Shown here: piece after piece, positions 1-9,447 of the stretch
Position numbering within the stretch: position 1 is the stretch's first letter
Layout of the letters: every line of letters starts with the position of its first letter
Translations under genes and position numbers: made by a program
NCBI GenBank assembly: GCA_036386115.1
Contig: DASVJA010000109.1
Span: 1-41,752, forward strand
DNA from: Candidatus Limnocylindrales bacterium
GTDB lineage: Bacteria > Chloroflexota > Limnocylindria > Limnocylindrales > CSP1-4
Direction: 5' to 3'
DNA length: 41,752 nt
The notes under the pieces: generated by a model
Told to the model about the DNA's origin: nothing
The model's input: only the letters and a program-made list of their open reading frames with translations
Database searches by the model: none

Positions 1-1
1 G

Positions 2-946
2 TCCGCCGCCGGTGGAAACCGCGACTCGCTCAGGATTGCCGGCCTGACGTTGGCCGCAGACCCGAACAACCTGGTCCTGCGGGCATTCGCGGCCACGCGC
101 GAGGCGGTGGCAAAGACGTGGCCCGGCGCCCCCGCCGCTCCCCCGCGTCTTGCGGCGCGCCTCACCAAGCACATACCCGTCGCGGCCGGACTGGGCGGCG
201 GCAGCAGCGATGCAGCGGCCGCGATCGACTCGGCCCTGGCGGCATGGAGCGTAACCATGGAGCCGAAGCAACGCGCGGAGCTTGCCGCATCCATTGGTTC
301 CGACGTCCCGTTCTTCCTGGCGGGTGGCGCCGCTCTCGTGACGGGGCGCGGCGAGTTCGTGGACCCGCTGCCGGACTTTCAGGGCGAGCCACCGGCCGTT
401 CTCCTAGTTACGCCGCATCTGGCGGTTTCCACGGCCGAGGCCTTCAAGGCCTTCGCGAACGGCGCCCGAGCCTCCGACTCGACGCGGGCCGGCCGGATCT
501 CCGAGCGTCTCTCGATCGCGATGAAGGCCGGCATGACCACCCGAGAATTGCTCGGCTGGGCCAAAGAGCTGGCCGAGGCCAACGACCTGTTGACTGCGGC
601 ACTCGCAATCGAACCGGGCTTGAAGGAGTTTGGCCTGGCGCTCGAACGACTGCTGGGCCGGCCGATCTGCCAGTCCGGCTCCGGCCCGACGCTCTGGGCG
701 CTCTATGAAAGCGTGGCCGAGGCCCGGAAGGCAGTCCGGTTCGTTCGTCTCGCCGCAACCGATGGTTCGCTGCCCAGGCTTGGCACGCTGGATCCATTCG
801 TGGCGGCCACGACGATAGAAGGGCGTCCCGTTCCGCCCGTGGCTATGCCCGAGGGCGAGACTTCGGGTACGATCCGGCCCCTTGCGGTCCACAATTGGGA
901 CGACAAGACTGACAGCAGCGAACCAACCAAGTTGAAGGGAGACTAG
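2..946 (+). CDS. ispE: 4-diphosphocytidyl-2-C-methyl-D-erythritol kinase (IspE), 5' end cut by the window edge
   Basis: The frame is open from base 2. GHMP-kinase ATP motif 'PVAAGLGGGSSDAAAA' and the C-terminal 'GSGPTLWALY' motif are typical of IspE. The TTG at 50 in the ORF track is probably internal. Confidence 0.85.
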   Translation, partial: SAAGGNRDSLRIAGLTLAADPNNLVLRAFAATREAVAKTWPGAPAAPPRLAARLTKHIPVAAGLGGGSSDAAAAIDSALAAWSVTMEPKQRAELAASIGSDVPFFLAGGAALVTGRGEFVDPLPDFQGEPPAVLLVTPHLAVSTAEAFKAFANGARASDSTRAGRISERLSIAMKAGMTTRELLGWAKELAEANDLLTAALAIEPGLKEFGLALERLLGRPICQSGSGPTLWALYESVAEARKAVRFVRLAATDGSLPRLGTLDPFVAATTIEGRPVPPVAMPEGETSGTIRPLAVHNWDDKTDSSEPTKLKGD

Positions 947-951
947 TCTCG

Positions 952-1335
952 ATGAGTCGCAAGGTGATCGCCAGCCCGGACGCCCCGGCTGCGTTCGGAC
1001 CGTACAGCCAGGCCATCGAGATCGACGGCTTCGTCTTCTGTTCGGGTTCGCTTGGCGCGGATCCGGCCAGCGGCGACCTTCTCGAGGGCATCGAGAACCA
1101 GACAGAGCGCTCTCTCCTGAACATCGAGGCCATCCTGGCGTCGGTCGGGATGACGATGGGCGACGTGGTCAAGTGCACCGTCTTCCTCTCAGACCTCGCC
1201 AATTTCAACAAGATGAATGCCGTTTACAAGACACACGTCATCGCGCCGCCGCCGGCTCGTAGCACCGTGCAGGTCGCCGCTCTCCCGCACGACGCATTGG
1301 TGGAGATCGAGGCCATCGCGCGGCGGTCCAACTAG
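952..1335 (+). CDS. ridA: RidA/YjgF/TdcF family reactive-intermediate (enamine/imine) deaminase
   Basis: 127 aa. 'APAAFGPYSQAI...GFVFCSGSLG...' and the C-terminal 'ARSTVQVAALPHDALVEIEAIA' are the classic YjgF/L-PSP signature. It starts 5 nt after the ispE stop. Confidence 0.9.
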   Translation: MSRKVIASPDAPAAFGPYSQAIEIDGFVFCSGSLGADPASGDLLEGIENQTERSLLNIEAILASVGMTMGDVVKCTVFLSDLANFNKMNAVYKTHVIAPPPARSTVQVAALPHDALVEIEAIARRSN

Positions 1336-1411
1336 TGCCCGGCCCTATGCCGGCCCGGTCCTCTCGAACCGGGCCGCGCAGCCGCCCCGTTCCGTGCTAC
1401 CGTCCGATCCG

Positions 1412-2833
1412 ATGAGTCAAACCTCCGCAAGCGTTCTACCGGTTGTGCTTGCCGCCGGTCTCGGGACGCGCATGAAGTCCCGCAAGCCCAAGGTCCTGCA
1501 CGAGTTGTGCGGACGTCCAATGCTCGGCTACGTGCTCGATGCCGCCCAGGAAATCGGAGGCCGCCGTCCGTTGGTCGTGTATTCGGCCGCGACGGAATCG
1601 ATCAAGGACGTCTTCGCCGACGAGGCCGACTTCGTGCTTCAGGCCGTGCCGCGCGGGACCGCTGATGCCGTCCGGTCGGCCATGGAGGCTGCTCCGGGTG
1701 ATGTCGGCGAGGTCATCGTCCTTTCGGGCGACGTGCCGTTGGTCCAGGCTTATCTGCTGGCCGAACTGATCGACCTTCGCCGGGCCCGGAACGCTGCGGT
1801 GGCGATCGTCGCCGTCCACTCGAACGATCCCGAAGGCCTTGGCCGCATTGTTCGCAGCGAGGACGGCGGGCAGGTTCTCCGGATCGTCGAGGAGAAGGAT
1901 GGAACGCCGGAAGAGCTTGAGATCGAGGAGATCAACGCCGGCGTATATGCCTTCGACGCCGCCTGGCTGCGGCGCCGGATCGGCGACATCAAGCCGTCAC
2001 CGGTTTCGGGCGAGTTCTACCTGCCCGCGCTGGTGCTGCTGGCGCGCGAGGACAAGCGGCCGGTTGTCTCGCTGGAAGTCGAGGATGACGGCACGCTGGC
2101 CGGCATCAACGACCGCTCTCAGCTGGCGGCGGCCGAGCGGGAACTCCGGATGCTGATCAACGAACGCCACATGGCCGCCGGCGTGACGATGGTTGATCCC
2201 GGCCGGACCTACGTGGACGTCACGGTTGAACTTGGTGAGGACGTGGTCCTCGAGCCTGGCGTCGTGCTCAAGGGCAGTACCAGGATCGGGGCCGGGACGA
2301 AGGTCGGTGCGGGCAGTCAGATCATCGACACGACCGTCGGCCGCGATTGCGTCATCTGGGCGAGCGTCCTGGAGTCTTCCGAGGTCGAGGATGATGTCCA
2401 GATCGGCCCCTTCTCGCACCTGCGGCCCAAATCTTCCATCGGGCGCAAGGCCAAGATCGGCAACTTCGCCGAGGTCAAGGGCAGCCGCCTCGACGCGGGC
2501 GTTCAGCAGCACCACTTCAGCTACATCGGCGACGCGGAGGTTGGTGAGCGCACGAACGTCGGTGCGGGCACGATCACCTGCAACTACGACGGCGTGAAGA
2601 AGCACAAGACCAGGATCGGAAAGGGCGTCTTCCTGGGCTCGGACACGATGTTGGTCGCGCCCGTGGAGTTGGGCGATGGAGCCCGAACCGGCGCCGGCTC
2701 CGTCGTCACCAAGAACGTGCCGGCCGGTATGCTGGCCCTCGGCATCCCCGCCCGTCTGCGCAAACCCAAGTTGGTCGTCACCGGATCTGATGAGGCGTTT
2801 GCGGCGGAGGCCCCCAAGCGAGTCGAACCATGA
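1412..2833 (+). CDS. glmU: Bifunctional UDP-N-acetylglucosamine pyrophosphorylase / GlcN-1-P N-acetyltransferase (GlmU)
   Basis: The ATG at 1412 gives the 'MSQTSASVLPVVLAAGLGTRMKS' nucleotidyltransferase motif (LAAGxGTRM). The C-terminal half has left-handed beta-helix hexapeptide repeats. The upstream 65 codons of the ORF overlap ridA and are Arg-rich noise. Confidence 0.93.
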   Translation: MSQTSASVLPVVLAAGLGTRMKSRKPKVLHELCGRPMLGYVLDAAQEIGGRRPLVVYSAATESIKDVFADEADFVLQAVPRGTADAVRSAMEAAPGDVGEVIVLSGDVPLVQAYLLAELIDLRRARNAAVAIVAVHSNDPEGLGRIVRSEDGGQVLRIVEEKDGTPEELEIEEINAGVYAFDAAWLRRRIGDIKPSPVSGEFYLPALVLLAREDKRPVVSLEVEDDGTLAGINDRSQLAAAERELRMLINERHMAAGVTMVDPGRTYVDVTVELGEDVVLEPGVVLKGSTRIGAGTKVGAGSQIIDTTVGRDCVIWASVLESSEVEDDVQIGPFSHLRPKSSIGRKAKIGNFAEVKGSRLDAGVQQHHFSYIGDAEVGERTNVGAGTITCNYDGVKKHKTRIGKGVFLGSDTMLVAPVELGDGARTGAGSVVTKNVPAGMLALGIPARLRKPKLVVTGSDEAFAAEAPKRVEP

Positions 2834-4197
2834 GTGACGTAGTCCTGCAGCTGGTGGTGGTCTTAGTCCTCGTAGCCATCGAGGCGGTCTTCGTGGCCGC
2901 CGAGATCGCCCTTGTCACCCTGCGCCACAGCCGGATCGAGCAGATGATTGACGAAGGCCACCGCAACGCGAGGCGAGTCAAGCGGCTCGTTGAGGACCCG
3001 GCCCGTTTCCTCGCTGTGGCCCAGATCGGTGTCACATTCGTCGGCTTCCTGGCCTCGGCCTATGCCGCGGTCAACCTGGCGGAGCGTCTGGCGACCGTCA
3101 TCGACGGGTTGTCTATTTTCAAGGGTTACTCGGGCGGGTTGGCCGTCCTGATCGTTACGATGCTGCTCGCCGCCTTCACCATCGTCTTTGGGGAGTTGGT
3201 CCCCAAGACCTTTGCCCTGGCTTATCCGGACCGCGTTGCCCTCGTCCTCGCCGGTCCGCTGGACGTGGTCGGAAAGGTATTTGCGCCGCTCGTGAAGCTT
3301 CTCACCGGGACGACGCGGCTGATTGCCGGCGGTTTCGGAGCAGGAGTGGCACGCCAGGCCCAAATCAACACCGAGGAACTCAAGCTCATCGTCGAGCGGG
3401 GAGGGGAGACCGGCGTTCTGGAGGCCGAGGAAGAGCAGATGATCAGTGCCGTCATCGAGCTCGGCGAGCGACGTGTCCACGAGGTCATGGTCCCGCGCAC
3501 TGAGATGTGCGCTCTCTCCGTTACCACGACCATTGACGAAGCCATCGATACCTTCATTCGGGAAGGCCATAGCCGCATTCCGGTATACAAGAAGGCAATC
3601 GACGAAATAGTCGGCGTGCTCTACGCCAAGGATTTGCTGCCGTTCCTGAAGGGTGGCGGACCGAAGCCGGATCTGCGCAAGCTTCTTCGTGCGCCACTCT
3701 TTGTGCCCGAGTCCATTCTGATCGACGACCTTCTCCACAAGCTCCAGGGTCGCAAAGTCCACCTGGCCATTGTTCTGGACGAATACGGTGGTACCGCCGG
3801 CATGGTCACGATCGAGGACCTGCTCGAGGAGATCGTCGGCGACATTCAGGATGAGTACGACGTGGAGGAGCCGCTCATCGTCCGCATCTCGGATGATGAG
3901 GCTCGCATCGACGGGCGGGCATCGGTCGATGATCTGGGCGAGCTGTTCAACGTGGACCTCGGGTCGCTTGAGGATTCGGAGGAGTACGACACGGTCGGCG
4001 GCTTGATCTACCACCGCGTTGGTGGGGTGCCGAGGCCGGGCGACAAGGTAGAAGTCCCGGAGCATGGGCTGACCTTGACCGTCGAGACTACCGACGGGCG
4101 CCGGGTTGGCAAGGTCTACGCGGTCCGGCAGCATCATCACGACGACGCCGATGACGAAGGCAAGTCCGGCGAATCGAGCAAGAACACGGCACGGTAG
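2830..4197 (+). CDS. CNNM/DUF21 - CBS pair - CorC_HlyC domain membrane protein (hemolysin/TlyC/CorC family, putative divalent cation efflux)
   Basis: N-terminal TM region, the 'ELVPK' DUF21 motif, a CBS-pair region ('[11 protein letters not shown]...IPVY') and a C-terminal CorC_HlyC-like domain. ATGA overlap with the glmU stop. Confidence 0.9.
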   Translation: MSDVVLQLVVVLVLVAIEAVFVAAEIALVTLRHSRIEQMIDEGHRNARRVKRLVEDPARFLAVAQIGVTFVGFLASAYAAVNLAERLATVIDGLSIFKGYSGGLAVLIVTMLLAAFTIVFGELVPKTFALAYPDRVALVLAGPLDVVGKVFAPLVKLLTGTTRLIAGGFGAGVARQAQINTEELKLIVERGGETGVLEAEEEQMISAVIELGERRVHEVMVPRTEMCALSVTTTIDEAIDTFIREGHSRIPVYKKAIDEIVGVLYAKDLLPFLKGGGPKPDLRKLLRAPLFVPESILIDDLLHKLQGRKVHLAIVLDEYGGTAGMVTIEDLLEEIVGDIQDEYDVEEPLIVRISDDEARIDGRASVDDLGELFNVDLGSLEDSEEYDTVGGLIYHRVGGVPRPGDKVEVPEHGLTLTVETTDGRRVGKVYAVRQHHHDDADDEGKSGESSKNTAR

Positions 4198-4222
4198 GGA
4201 AGGAATCACGACCGTGCGCTGG

Positions 4223-4663
4223 ATGAAATGCCATCAGACCGCCATTTCGTTGATCGCCGTGGTCGCCTTCGCTTGGGCGTCGATCTGGGTGGTGTACGAC
4301 CACCGCAGCCCGGTCAGCCAGTTCTTGCGCGGGATCGGTACGACTCGAGTCGAAGGCTGGAGCCTCGATGACCTGGACGCCGTATGTCTCCGCCTGGAAC
4401 CGGCAACGACCCCGCCGTCGACGACCGCGTCGGTCGCGATCGATGTCGCCAATAAGGTCTATACCGGCGGCTACATTCGAGAGGTCTTGCTCGTCTCGAT
4501 GCACGATACGTGCACCGGAGCCGTCGCCAAGCTGGCCTGGGTCGTCTCGATGTCATGGCAGGGCTTGCCGGATATTCCGGCAACCAGCGGCCCCGGGCCG
4601 CGTGCGATCGTCATGGTGGATGCGATCTCGGGCCGGATGATCACGAGCCACTCGCTGGGATAG
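4223..4663 (+). CDS. Hypothetical N-terminally membrane-anchored protein
   Basis: The ATG at 4223 gives 'MKCHQTAISLIAVVAFAWASIWVV' (one TM helix) followed by a roughly 120-aa soluble domain with no motif I recognise. The start is uncertain (GTG 4214 is also in frame). Confidence 0.45.
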   Translation: MKCHQTAISLIAVVAFAWASIWVVYDHRSPVSQFLRGIGTTRVEGWSLDDLDAVCLRLEPATTPPSTTASVAIDVANKVYTGGYIREVLLVSMHDTCTGAVAKLAWVVSMSWQGLPDIPATSGPGPRAIVMVDAISGRMITSHSLG

Positions 4664-4686
4664 CTCTGCTCTCTGCGATTGTCCGG

Positions 4687-5700
4687 CTAGGCCTGGATGA
4701 CGCTCACGATGATTCCCCGCAGCGCGTCCAGGGCTTCGGCATCGATGACGCCGGCGGCATCCAGTTCGGCCAGAGCCATGTCCCGGTAGGAGCGGGCCTG
4801 GTCGCGGGTGTAGTCTCGGCCGCCTATTTTCTCCAGCATGGCAACGGCCTCGGCGACCTGAGCGTCCGTGGGTTCGGCCGTGTGCCAGATGGCCGTCAGG
4901 GCGGCTCGGTCGGCTTCGTCGGCATGTTCGAAGGCATATATCACCGGCAGCGTCATTTTGTGCCGGGCCACGTCGGTTGGCTCCTTGCCCGTGGCGGCTT
5001 GTTCGCCCCAGATACCCAGGAGGTCGTCGTTGAGCTGGAAGGCGAGGCCCAAAGCCCAACCAAAGTCCCTATAGCGAGTTATCACGGCCTCGTCGTCCGT
5101 GGCGAGGACGGCGCCGGCTTCGACAGACGCGGAGATGAGGGCTGCCGTCTTGCCGCCGATCATCTTGAAGTACAGATCCACCGACATCGGCTCGGCCTGC
5201 TCGCTGGCCCAGATGTCCAGGTATTGGCCCTCGCACAAGGCCTGGCAGGTGTTGTCGTGGAGGCGCATCAGGCGCAGGACCTTGGTGTCCGAGTAGCCCA
5301 GATCCGTCAGTCGATGGAGCGCCTTGCGGCTCAGCGTGAACAGCATGTCTCCGGCGTTGATCGCCTGCGGAACGCCGTGCCGAACCCAGAGGGTGGGGCG
5401 GTGACGACGCTCCGTGTCCCCGTCCTCGATGTCGTCGTGGACCAGACTGAAGTTGTGGCCCAGCTCCACGGCCGCCGCGCCGGGCAGCGCGTCGCGGTAA
5501 TCGCCCCTGACTGAGGCGTAAGTGAGAAGCCCCAGGAGTGGCCGCATTCGCTTGCCGGACGAGCCGCTGCCGTCAAGGCCCATGTGGTAGCGGCACATTT
5601 CGTATAGGCCGGCTGTCGGTGCGTCGGTCCCGGTCACGAGCCGGAGGATCTCCTGCTCGGTATCGAGGACCATTTCGGGTAGGTTGAGGGTCATCTTCAC
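4687..5700 (-). CDS. Polyprenyl diphosphate synthase (GGPP/FPP synthase family, trans-IPPS)
   Basis: First Asp-rich motif 'LVHDDIEDGD' and second motif 'FQLNDDLLGIWG', typical of actinobacterial-type short/medium-chain trans-prenyltransferases. Confidence 0.9.
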   Translation of the reverse strand: MKMTLNLPEMVLDTEQEILRLVTGTDAPTAGLYEMCRYHMGLDGSGSSGKRMRPLLGLLTYASVRGDYRDALPGAAAVELGHNFSLVHDDIEDGDTERRHRPTLWVRHGVPQAINAGDMLFTLSRKALHRLTDLGYSDTKVLRLMRLHDNTCQALCEGQYLDIWASEQAEPMSVDLYFKMIGGKTAALISASVEAGAVLATDDEAVITRYRDFGWALGLAFQLNDDLLGIWGEQAATGKEPTDVARHKMTLPVIYAFEHADEADRAALTAIWHTAEPTDAQVAEAVAMLEKIGGRDYTRDQARSYRDMALAELDAAGVIDAEALDALRGIIVSVIQA

Positions 5701-5787
5701 GAGCGAATCATACCAACCCGTCCGTTGGCTCTTGTTGCACGGTCATCGAGTACCGCACCGCGCAGCCGGCCGCCGCCCGACGCCGCC

Positions 5788-6390
5788 TCAGACGGGCGTG
5801 ATGAACGCCGATCCGGGATGGCCCGAGTCGTCATCTTCCGGGTGCATCGAGCCGCCCTCTCGCATCTTGGCGGATGCTTCATCGATTTGAATGTCGGTCA
5901 GTTCGACTAGGCGCAGGTCGTCATCGGTGGCCGTGGCGTAGTCCACCGGCGCCGTTCGGCCCGGCCAGTATCGGGAAGTCATGGCCTCGAAGACGCGGCG
6001 TTTCTCCACCAGATCCTCGACCCGGCTGCCGCTCCCGTAGGCGACGACGCTCCGGTAGTTGGCGGTATGGCCCGAGGCGAGCTTGGAGGCGACAAGTTCC
6101 ACCAGCGTTGTGACGACCACGGCCACGGAGCGCCCATCGCGCAGCAGCTTGAGAGTGGCGTTGGCCGCCGAGCCGTGGATATAGACGTGGCCCGCTTCGT
6201 AGTGGTAGAGGAACGGGATCAGGCGCGGCTGGCCTTCATCCACACAGGCGACGTGGGCGACCAGCCCGGCGCGCAGGAACTCCTCGATTCGCTCGGGGAC
6301 GGCACGGTCCGCGTGGCGGCGAATCCGAGTTCGATCAGTGCGAGGTCCGGGGGTGGGGCTCTGGGCCGGAGCCGCGTCGTGCTCGTTCAT
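5788..6390 (-). CDS. Pyridoxamine 5'-phosphate oxidase-like (Pyridox_ox_2 / flavin-binding split-barrel) family protein
   Basis: 'TRIRRHADRAVPERIEEFLRAGLVAHVACVDEGQPRLIPFLYHYEAGHVYIHGS' matches the PNPOx-like FMN-binding fold family. Start is uncertain: ATG 6390 is chosen, and GTG 6435 is also in frame. Confidence 0.72.
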   Translation of the reverse strand: MNEHDAAPAQSPTPGPRTDRTRIRRHADRAVPERIEEFLRAGLVAHVACVDEGQPRLIPFLYHYEAGHVYIHGSAANATLKLLRDGRSVAVVVTTLVELVASKLASGHTANYRSVVAYGSGSRVEDLVEKRRVFEAMTSRYWPGRTAPVDYATATDDDLRLVELTDIQIDEASAKMREGGSMHPEDDDSGHPGSAFITPV

Positions 6391-6459
6391 GCCGGGAGGA
6401 TAGCCGAGGTCGTCGCCGCCGGCTGCGAAGAACACCGGCAGTTCACGCGCTGGTCCGGC

Positions 6460-7047
6460 ATGGCTATGATCGCCAGCATGACCACCGAGACGCGCCCGGC
6501 CCGCATTCTCGTCCTCTACCAGACGACGACCGGCAATACCAGGCTGATGGCAGACCTCGTCGTCGAGGGGGCCATGAGCGTCCCGGACACGGAGGTCCGG
6601 CTGCGGAGCGTCAACGAAGCCACGGCCGATGACCTTGTCTGGTGCGATGGGCTTGCGGCCGGCTCGCCGACCTGTACGGGCACGATCTCGTGGGAGATGA
6701 AGCGGTTCTGGGACGAAACCGCCATACCGATCTGGCCGAAGATCGAGGGAAAGATCGGGGCGGCCTTCGCGTCATCGGGTGGGACGAACGGCGGCGGCGA
6801 AAACACGTGTGTCCAGTTGCTCCTTGTGATGATGAACTTTGGGTTGCTCACGTTTGGGATCCCGGATTACGTTGGCCCGGGGCGGACGCTCCATTACGGC
6901 GCGGTTTGTGCGGGCCGGCCGCGTGACGAGGCAGATGCCGAGGCTTGCCGCCGTCTGGGCCGGCGGCTCACGGAATGGGTCCAGTCGCTGCTCCTCGGCC
7001 GCCCAGAGCTTGGGCCGAAGGCCGCAAACTACGACCGCCGGATCTAG
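6460..7047 (+). CDS. Flavodoxin-fold protein (WrbA / NAD(P)H-dependent FMN reductase-like)
   Basis: The ATG at 6460 gives 'ILVLYQTTTGNTRLMA' (flavodoxin phosphate-binding T-x-T-G-N-T loop) and 'AAFASSGGTNGGGENT'. The first 131 codons of ORF 6067-7047 are antisense to the PNPOx-like gene. Confidence 0.75.
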   Translation: MAMIASMTTETRPARILVLYQTTTGNTRLMADLVVEGAMSVPDTEVRLRSVNEATADDLVWCDGLAAGSPTCTGTISWEMKRFWDETAIPIWPKIEGKIGAAFASSGGTNGGGENTCVQLLLVMMNFGLLTFGIPDYVGPGRTLHYGAVCAGRPRDEADAEACRRLGRRLTEWVQSLLLGRPELGPKAANYDRRI

Positions 7048-7085
7048 GCCCGGCCGCCCGGCCCGGCAAGTGGTAGCGTGAGGTC

Positions 7086-7874
7086 ATGCCCGCCCCGCGC
7101 CTCTATGTCACCGACGCGATAGTCCTGTCCCGCTTCGACTATGGCGAGGCGGACCGCATCATGACCCTGTTTACGCCGGAACACGGCAAGTTCAAGGCGA
7201 TCGCCAAGGGTGTACGCCGGACGACGAGCCGCCTTGGGGGCGCGCTGGAGCCGCTGGCGGAGTTGCGTGTCGCCCTGGCTCGCGGCCGGACATTCGACGT
7301 CGTGACTCAGGTGGAGGTCATCCATGCCTGGTTGCGTTTGCGCGACTCGCTCGAGTCGGCGGCGACGGCCTGGTACCTCGCGGAGCTGGCCGACAAGGCG
7401 ATAGAGGAGCGGCACCAGACGGAAGGGCTGTACGCCTTACTGCGGCGCTCCTACGAGCTCCTGGACGCCGGCATGAATGCCGGCAGAGTCGCCCGCTGGT
7501 ACGAGGTGCGGCTCGCGGACGAGTTGGGCGTCCGGCCCGAAGTGGACCGCTGCGTAGAGTGCGACCGGGTTCTCGAGGCAGACGAGAAGTTCCGGTGGGT
7601 CCCGCCGCTCGGAGGCGTCCTTTGCTATCGCTGCCCCGGACCGCCCGACGATAGAACGTCACTCTCCGTGGAGGCGCTGAAGATGCTGAAAGCGTACCAA
7701 CGCATGGATGTTGAGGCGCTGGCGGCGCTGCGGCTACCGCCGGACGTGGAGCGTGAGGTCGAGGGCGCGATGCGCGATTTCTTGCACTTTTCGTTGGACC
7801 GTGACGCTCGATCTCTTGCTTTTCTGGACGAGGTGCGCCGCCGGAGGCGAGAGCCGCTCATGCCGCTGACCTAG
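7086..7874 (+). CDS. recO: DNA repair protein RecO
   Basis: N-terminal OB fold 'DAIVLSRFDYGEADRIMTLFTPEHGKFKAIAKGVRR' and the Cys4 zinc motif 'CVECDR...CYRC' are the standard RecO architecture. Confidence 0.9.
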   Translation: MPAPRLYVTDAIVLSRFDYGEADRIMTLFTPEHGKFKAIAKGVRRTTSRLGGALEPLAELRVALARGRTFDVVTQVEVIHAWLRLRDSLESAATAWYLAELADKAIEERHQTEGLYALLRRSYELLDAGMNAGRVARWYEVRLADELGVRPEVDRCVECDRVLEADEKFRWVPPLGGVLCYRCPGPPDDRTSLSVEALKMLKAYQRMDVEALAALRLPPDVEREVEGAMRDFLHFSLDRDARSLAFLDEVRRRRREPLMPLT

Positions 7875-7889
7875 GCCGGCCAACCGGCC
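7874..7889. terminator. Short GC hairpin between convergent recO and the 7912-8619 gene
   Basis: GGCCGG-ccaa-CCGGCC (6-bp stem, 4-nt loop) directly after the recO stop. There is no clear U-tract. Confidence 0.3.
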
Positions 7890-7911
7890 GCCATCACTCG
7901 GCCAGTACCGG

Positions 7912-8619
7912 CTACGCGATCGCGAAGGTCCAGAGGAGCGAGTTGAACAGCGTTACGTCGTTCTGCTCCGATCCGGGTCTGGTCCACAACTCGACTCGAT
8001 AACGACCCGTGGCCGTCACGACGATCCCGACGATGCCGTGGCGGGCATGGCCGAGCGACGAGACCCCATCGACGGTCATGATCCGGGCAGGCAGGCCGAA
8101 GATTACGCCGGGGTCGCTGTCGATCACGGTGAAGTTGTTGTCGTGCATCGCCTTCCAGACTTCATCCGAGATGTTGCTCAGCGTGGTGCCGGTCGGAATC
8201 GTGCGCCAGGTTATGGATACGTTGGAGTCGTCCCAGCCGGAGATCACGGCCCAGCCCTGGATCTGATTTTCAGAGGCGTACCAGCCCTTCGGGTAGTTGA
8301 TCCTGAAGTGGTACGTGGACGACGCGTAAGTGAGCCACGTCGGTCGTGACTCCAGGGCGGTCGCGATATCTCCTGCGGGCGGCTCCGTTGCGGCGACCTC
8401 CGGAGTCGAGCTCGGGCCTGGGCTCGGGCTGGGCGCGAGCGTTGGCATTGCGGCCACATCCTCGACTCGATTGGGGGTGGTCGGTGCGGTCTTTCCGGAG
8501 ACACGAGGTCCCATGCCCGAACTCGCGCATACGACGACAAGCGCGCTTAGACCGGCCGCCAGCGTCACTCGCCTGGCCAGCCATCGACCTCGCTTGGAAA
8601 TGAATCCTAAAAGCCCCAT
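7912..8619 (-). CDS. Hypothetical exported/membrane-anchored protein with a Pro-rich linker
   Basis: N-terminal basic region plus a hydrophobic segment 'VTLAAGLSALVVVCASSG', then a P/S/T-rich linker. The beta-rich domain ('YHFRINYPKGWYA') is reminiscent of PsbP/DUF1795-like folds. Function unknown. Confidence 0.55.
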   Translation of the reverse strand: MGLLGFISKRGRWLARRVTLAAGLSALVVVCASSGMGPRVSGKTAPTTPNRVEDVAAMPTLAPSPSPGPSSTPEVAATEPPAGDIATALESRPTWLTYASSTYHFRINYPKGWYASENQIQGWAVISGWDDSNVSITWRTIPTGTTLSNISDEVWKAMHDNNFTVIDSDPGVIFGLPARIMTVDGVSSLGHARHGIVGIVVTATGRYRVELWTRPGSEQNDVTLFNSLLWTFAIA

Positions 8620-8720
8620 GGGCGAATCATCCCACTAGCCGCCGCTCACCCTTCGGGCGCAGTCGTGGGCCAAGTGTAGGCAACCGGCCGATCTGCCGTC
8701 TGACCCGGAAGGGCGAGCCC

Positions 8721-9155
8721 TCAGATGGCGCGACGGCCGGCCCTTCTGGCCAGGGCGACATGTATGCCGGCCTCCAGCTGGGCCAGCGTATACGGCTTGT
8801 TGATCAGCAGCGCCGTGTCGATGTGTGATGCGAACAACTCACTGACCAGCTCCGGCGAGTAGCCGCTGGTGAACAGGACGGCAGTCTCGTGGTGATGACG
8901 GCGCACGGCCCCGGCCAGGGCCGGGCCGCGCATGCCGGGCAGCATCACGTCGGCCACGAGCAAGTCCAACGGTGCTGTGCGAAGGGCGGCAATCCTCTCG
9001 GCCTCATTCCCGTCTGTGGCGACTGTGACCCGGCAGTGAAGCCTCCGAAGCCATGTGGCGGCCAACAGGGCGACGCCGGGATCGTCCTCGACGAGAAGCA
9101 CGCTGAGATTCCGGGCCAGCGTATGGGGCTGCGTTGATTGTTCCTGTGAGTCCAT
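8721..9155 (-). CDS. Stand-alone response-regulator receiver domain protein (CheY-like)
   Basis: It has the canonical residues: 'LLVEDD', phospho-acceptor in 'DLLVADVMLPGM', 'LFTSGY' and 'LINKPY'. There is no output domain. Confidence 0.8.
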   Translation of the reverse strand: MDSQEQSTQPHTLARNLSVLLVEDDPGVALLAATWLRRLHCRVTVATDGNEAERIAALRTAPLDLLVADVMLPGMRGPALAGAVRRHHHETAVLFTSGYSPELVSELFASHIDTALLINKPYTLAQLEAGIHVALARRAGRRAI

Positions 9156-9447
9156 GGCACACGACCTTACGACTGGTCGAGGTTAGTCCGATTCCTGCGT
9201 AACTCGATGGGAAATGCGGCGGATTTCATTGCAATGTCGTGAAGAATGGGGCTGATGGCAACGGGCCGATCCTCGCGGCGGACCCCGACGCGTCGGCGGC
9301 GTTGGCGGAGGCGACGGGACACGTGCGCCTGCGTATCTCCGGCATGCGAGAATTGCGCCCCAGGCTTTCGATCGCTCGAGTGTTCGACCGTTCGGCCGCC
9401 GATTCGCCCGCCCAATAACCGCATCGCACCAGGCAATTCCAGCGCCT

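Noticed and set aside
2863-4209. 448-aa ORF antisense to the CNNM/CorC gene
   Set aside because: It is a typical high-GC shadow ORF. It is rich in Arg, Gly, Asp and Pro with no recognisable motif, while the sense strand carries clear DUF21/CBS/CorC domains.
9160-9447. Possible glycine T-box riboswitch upstream of glyQS
   Set aside because: I could not find the conserved T-box core sequence or a terminator/antiterminator alternative by eye. It is kept only as a low-interest note that needs cmsearch.
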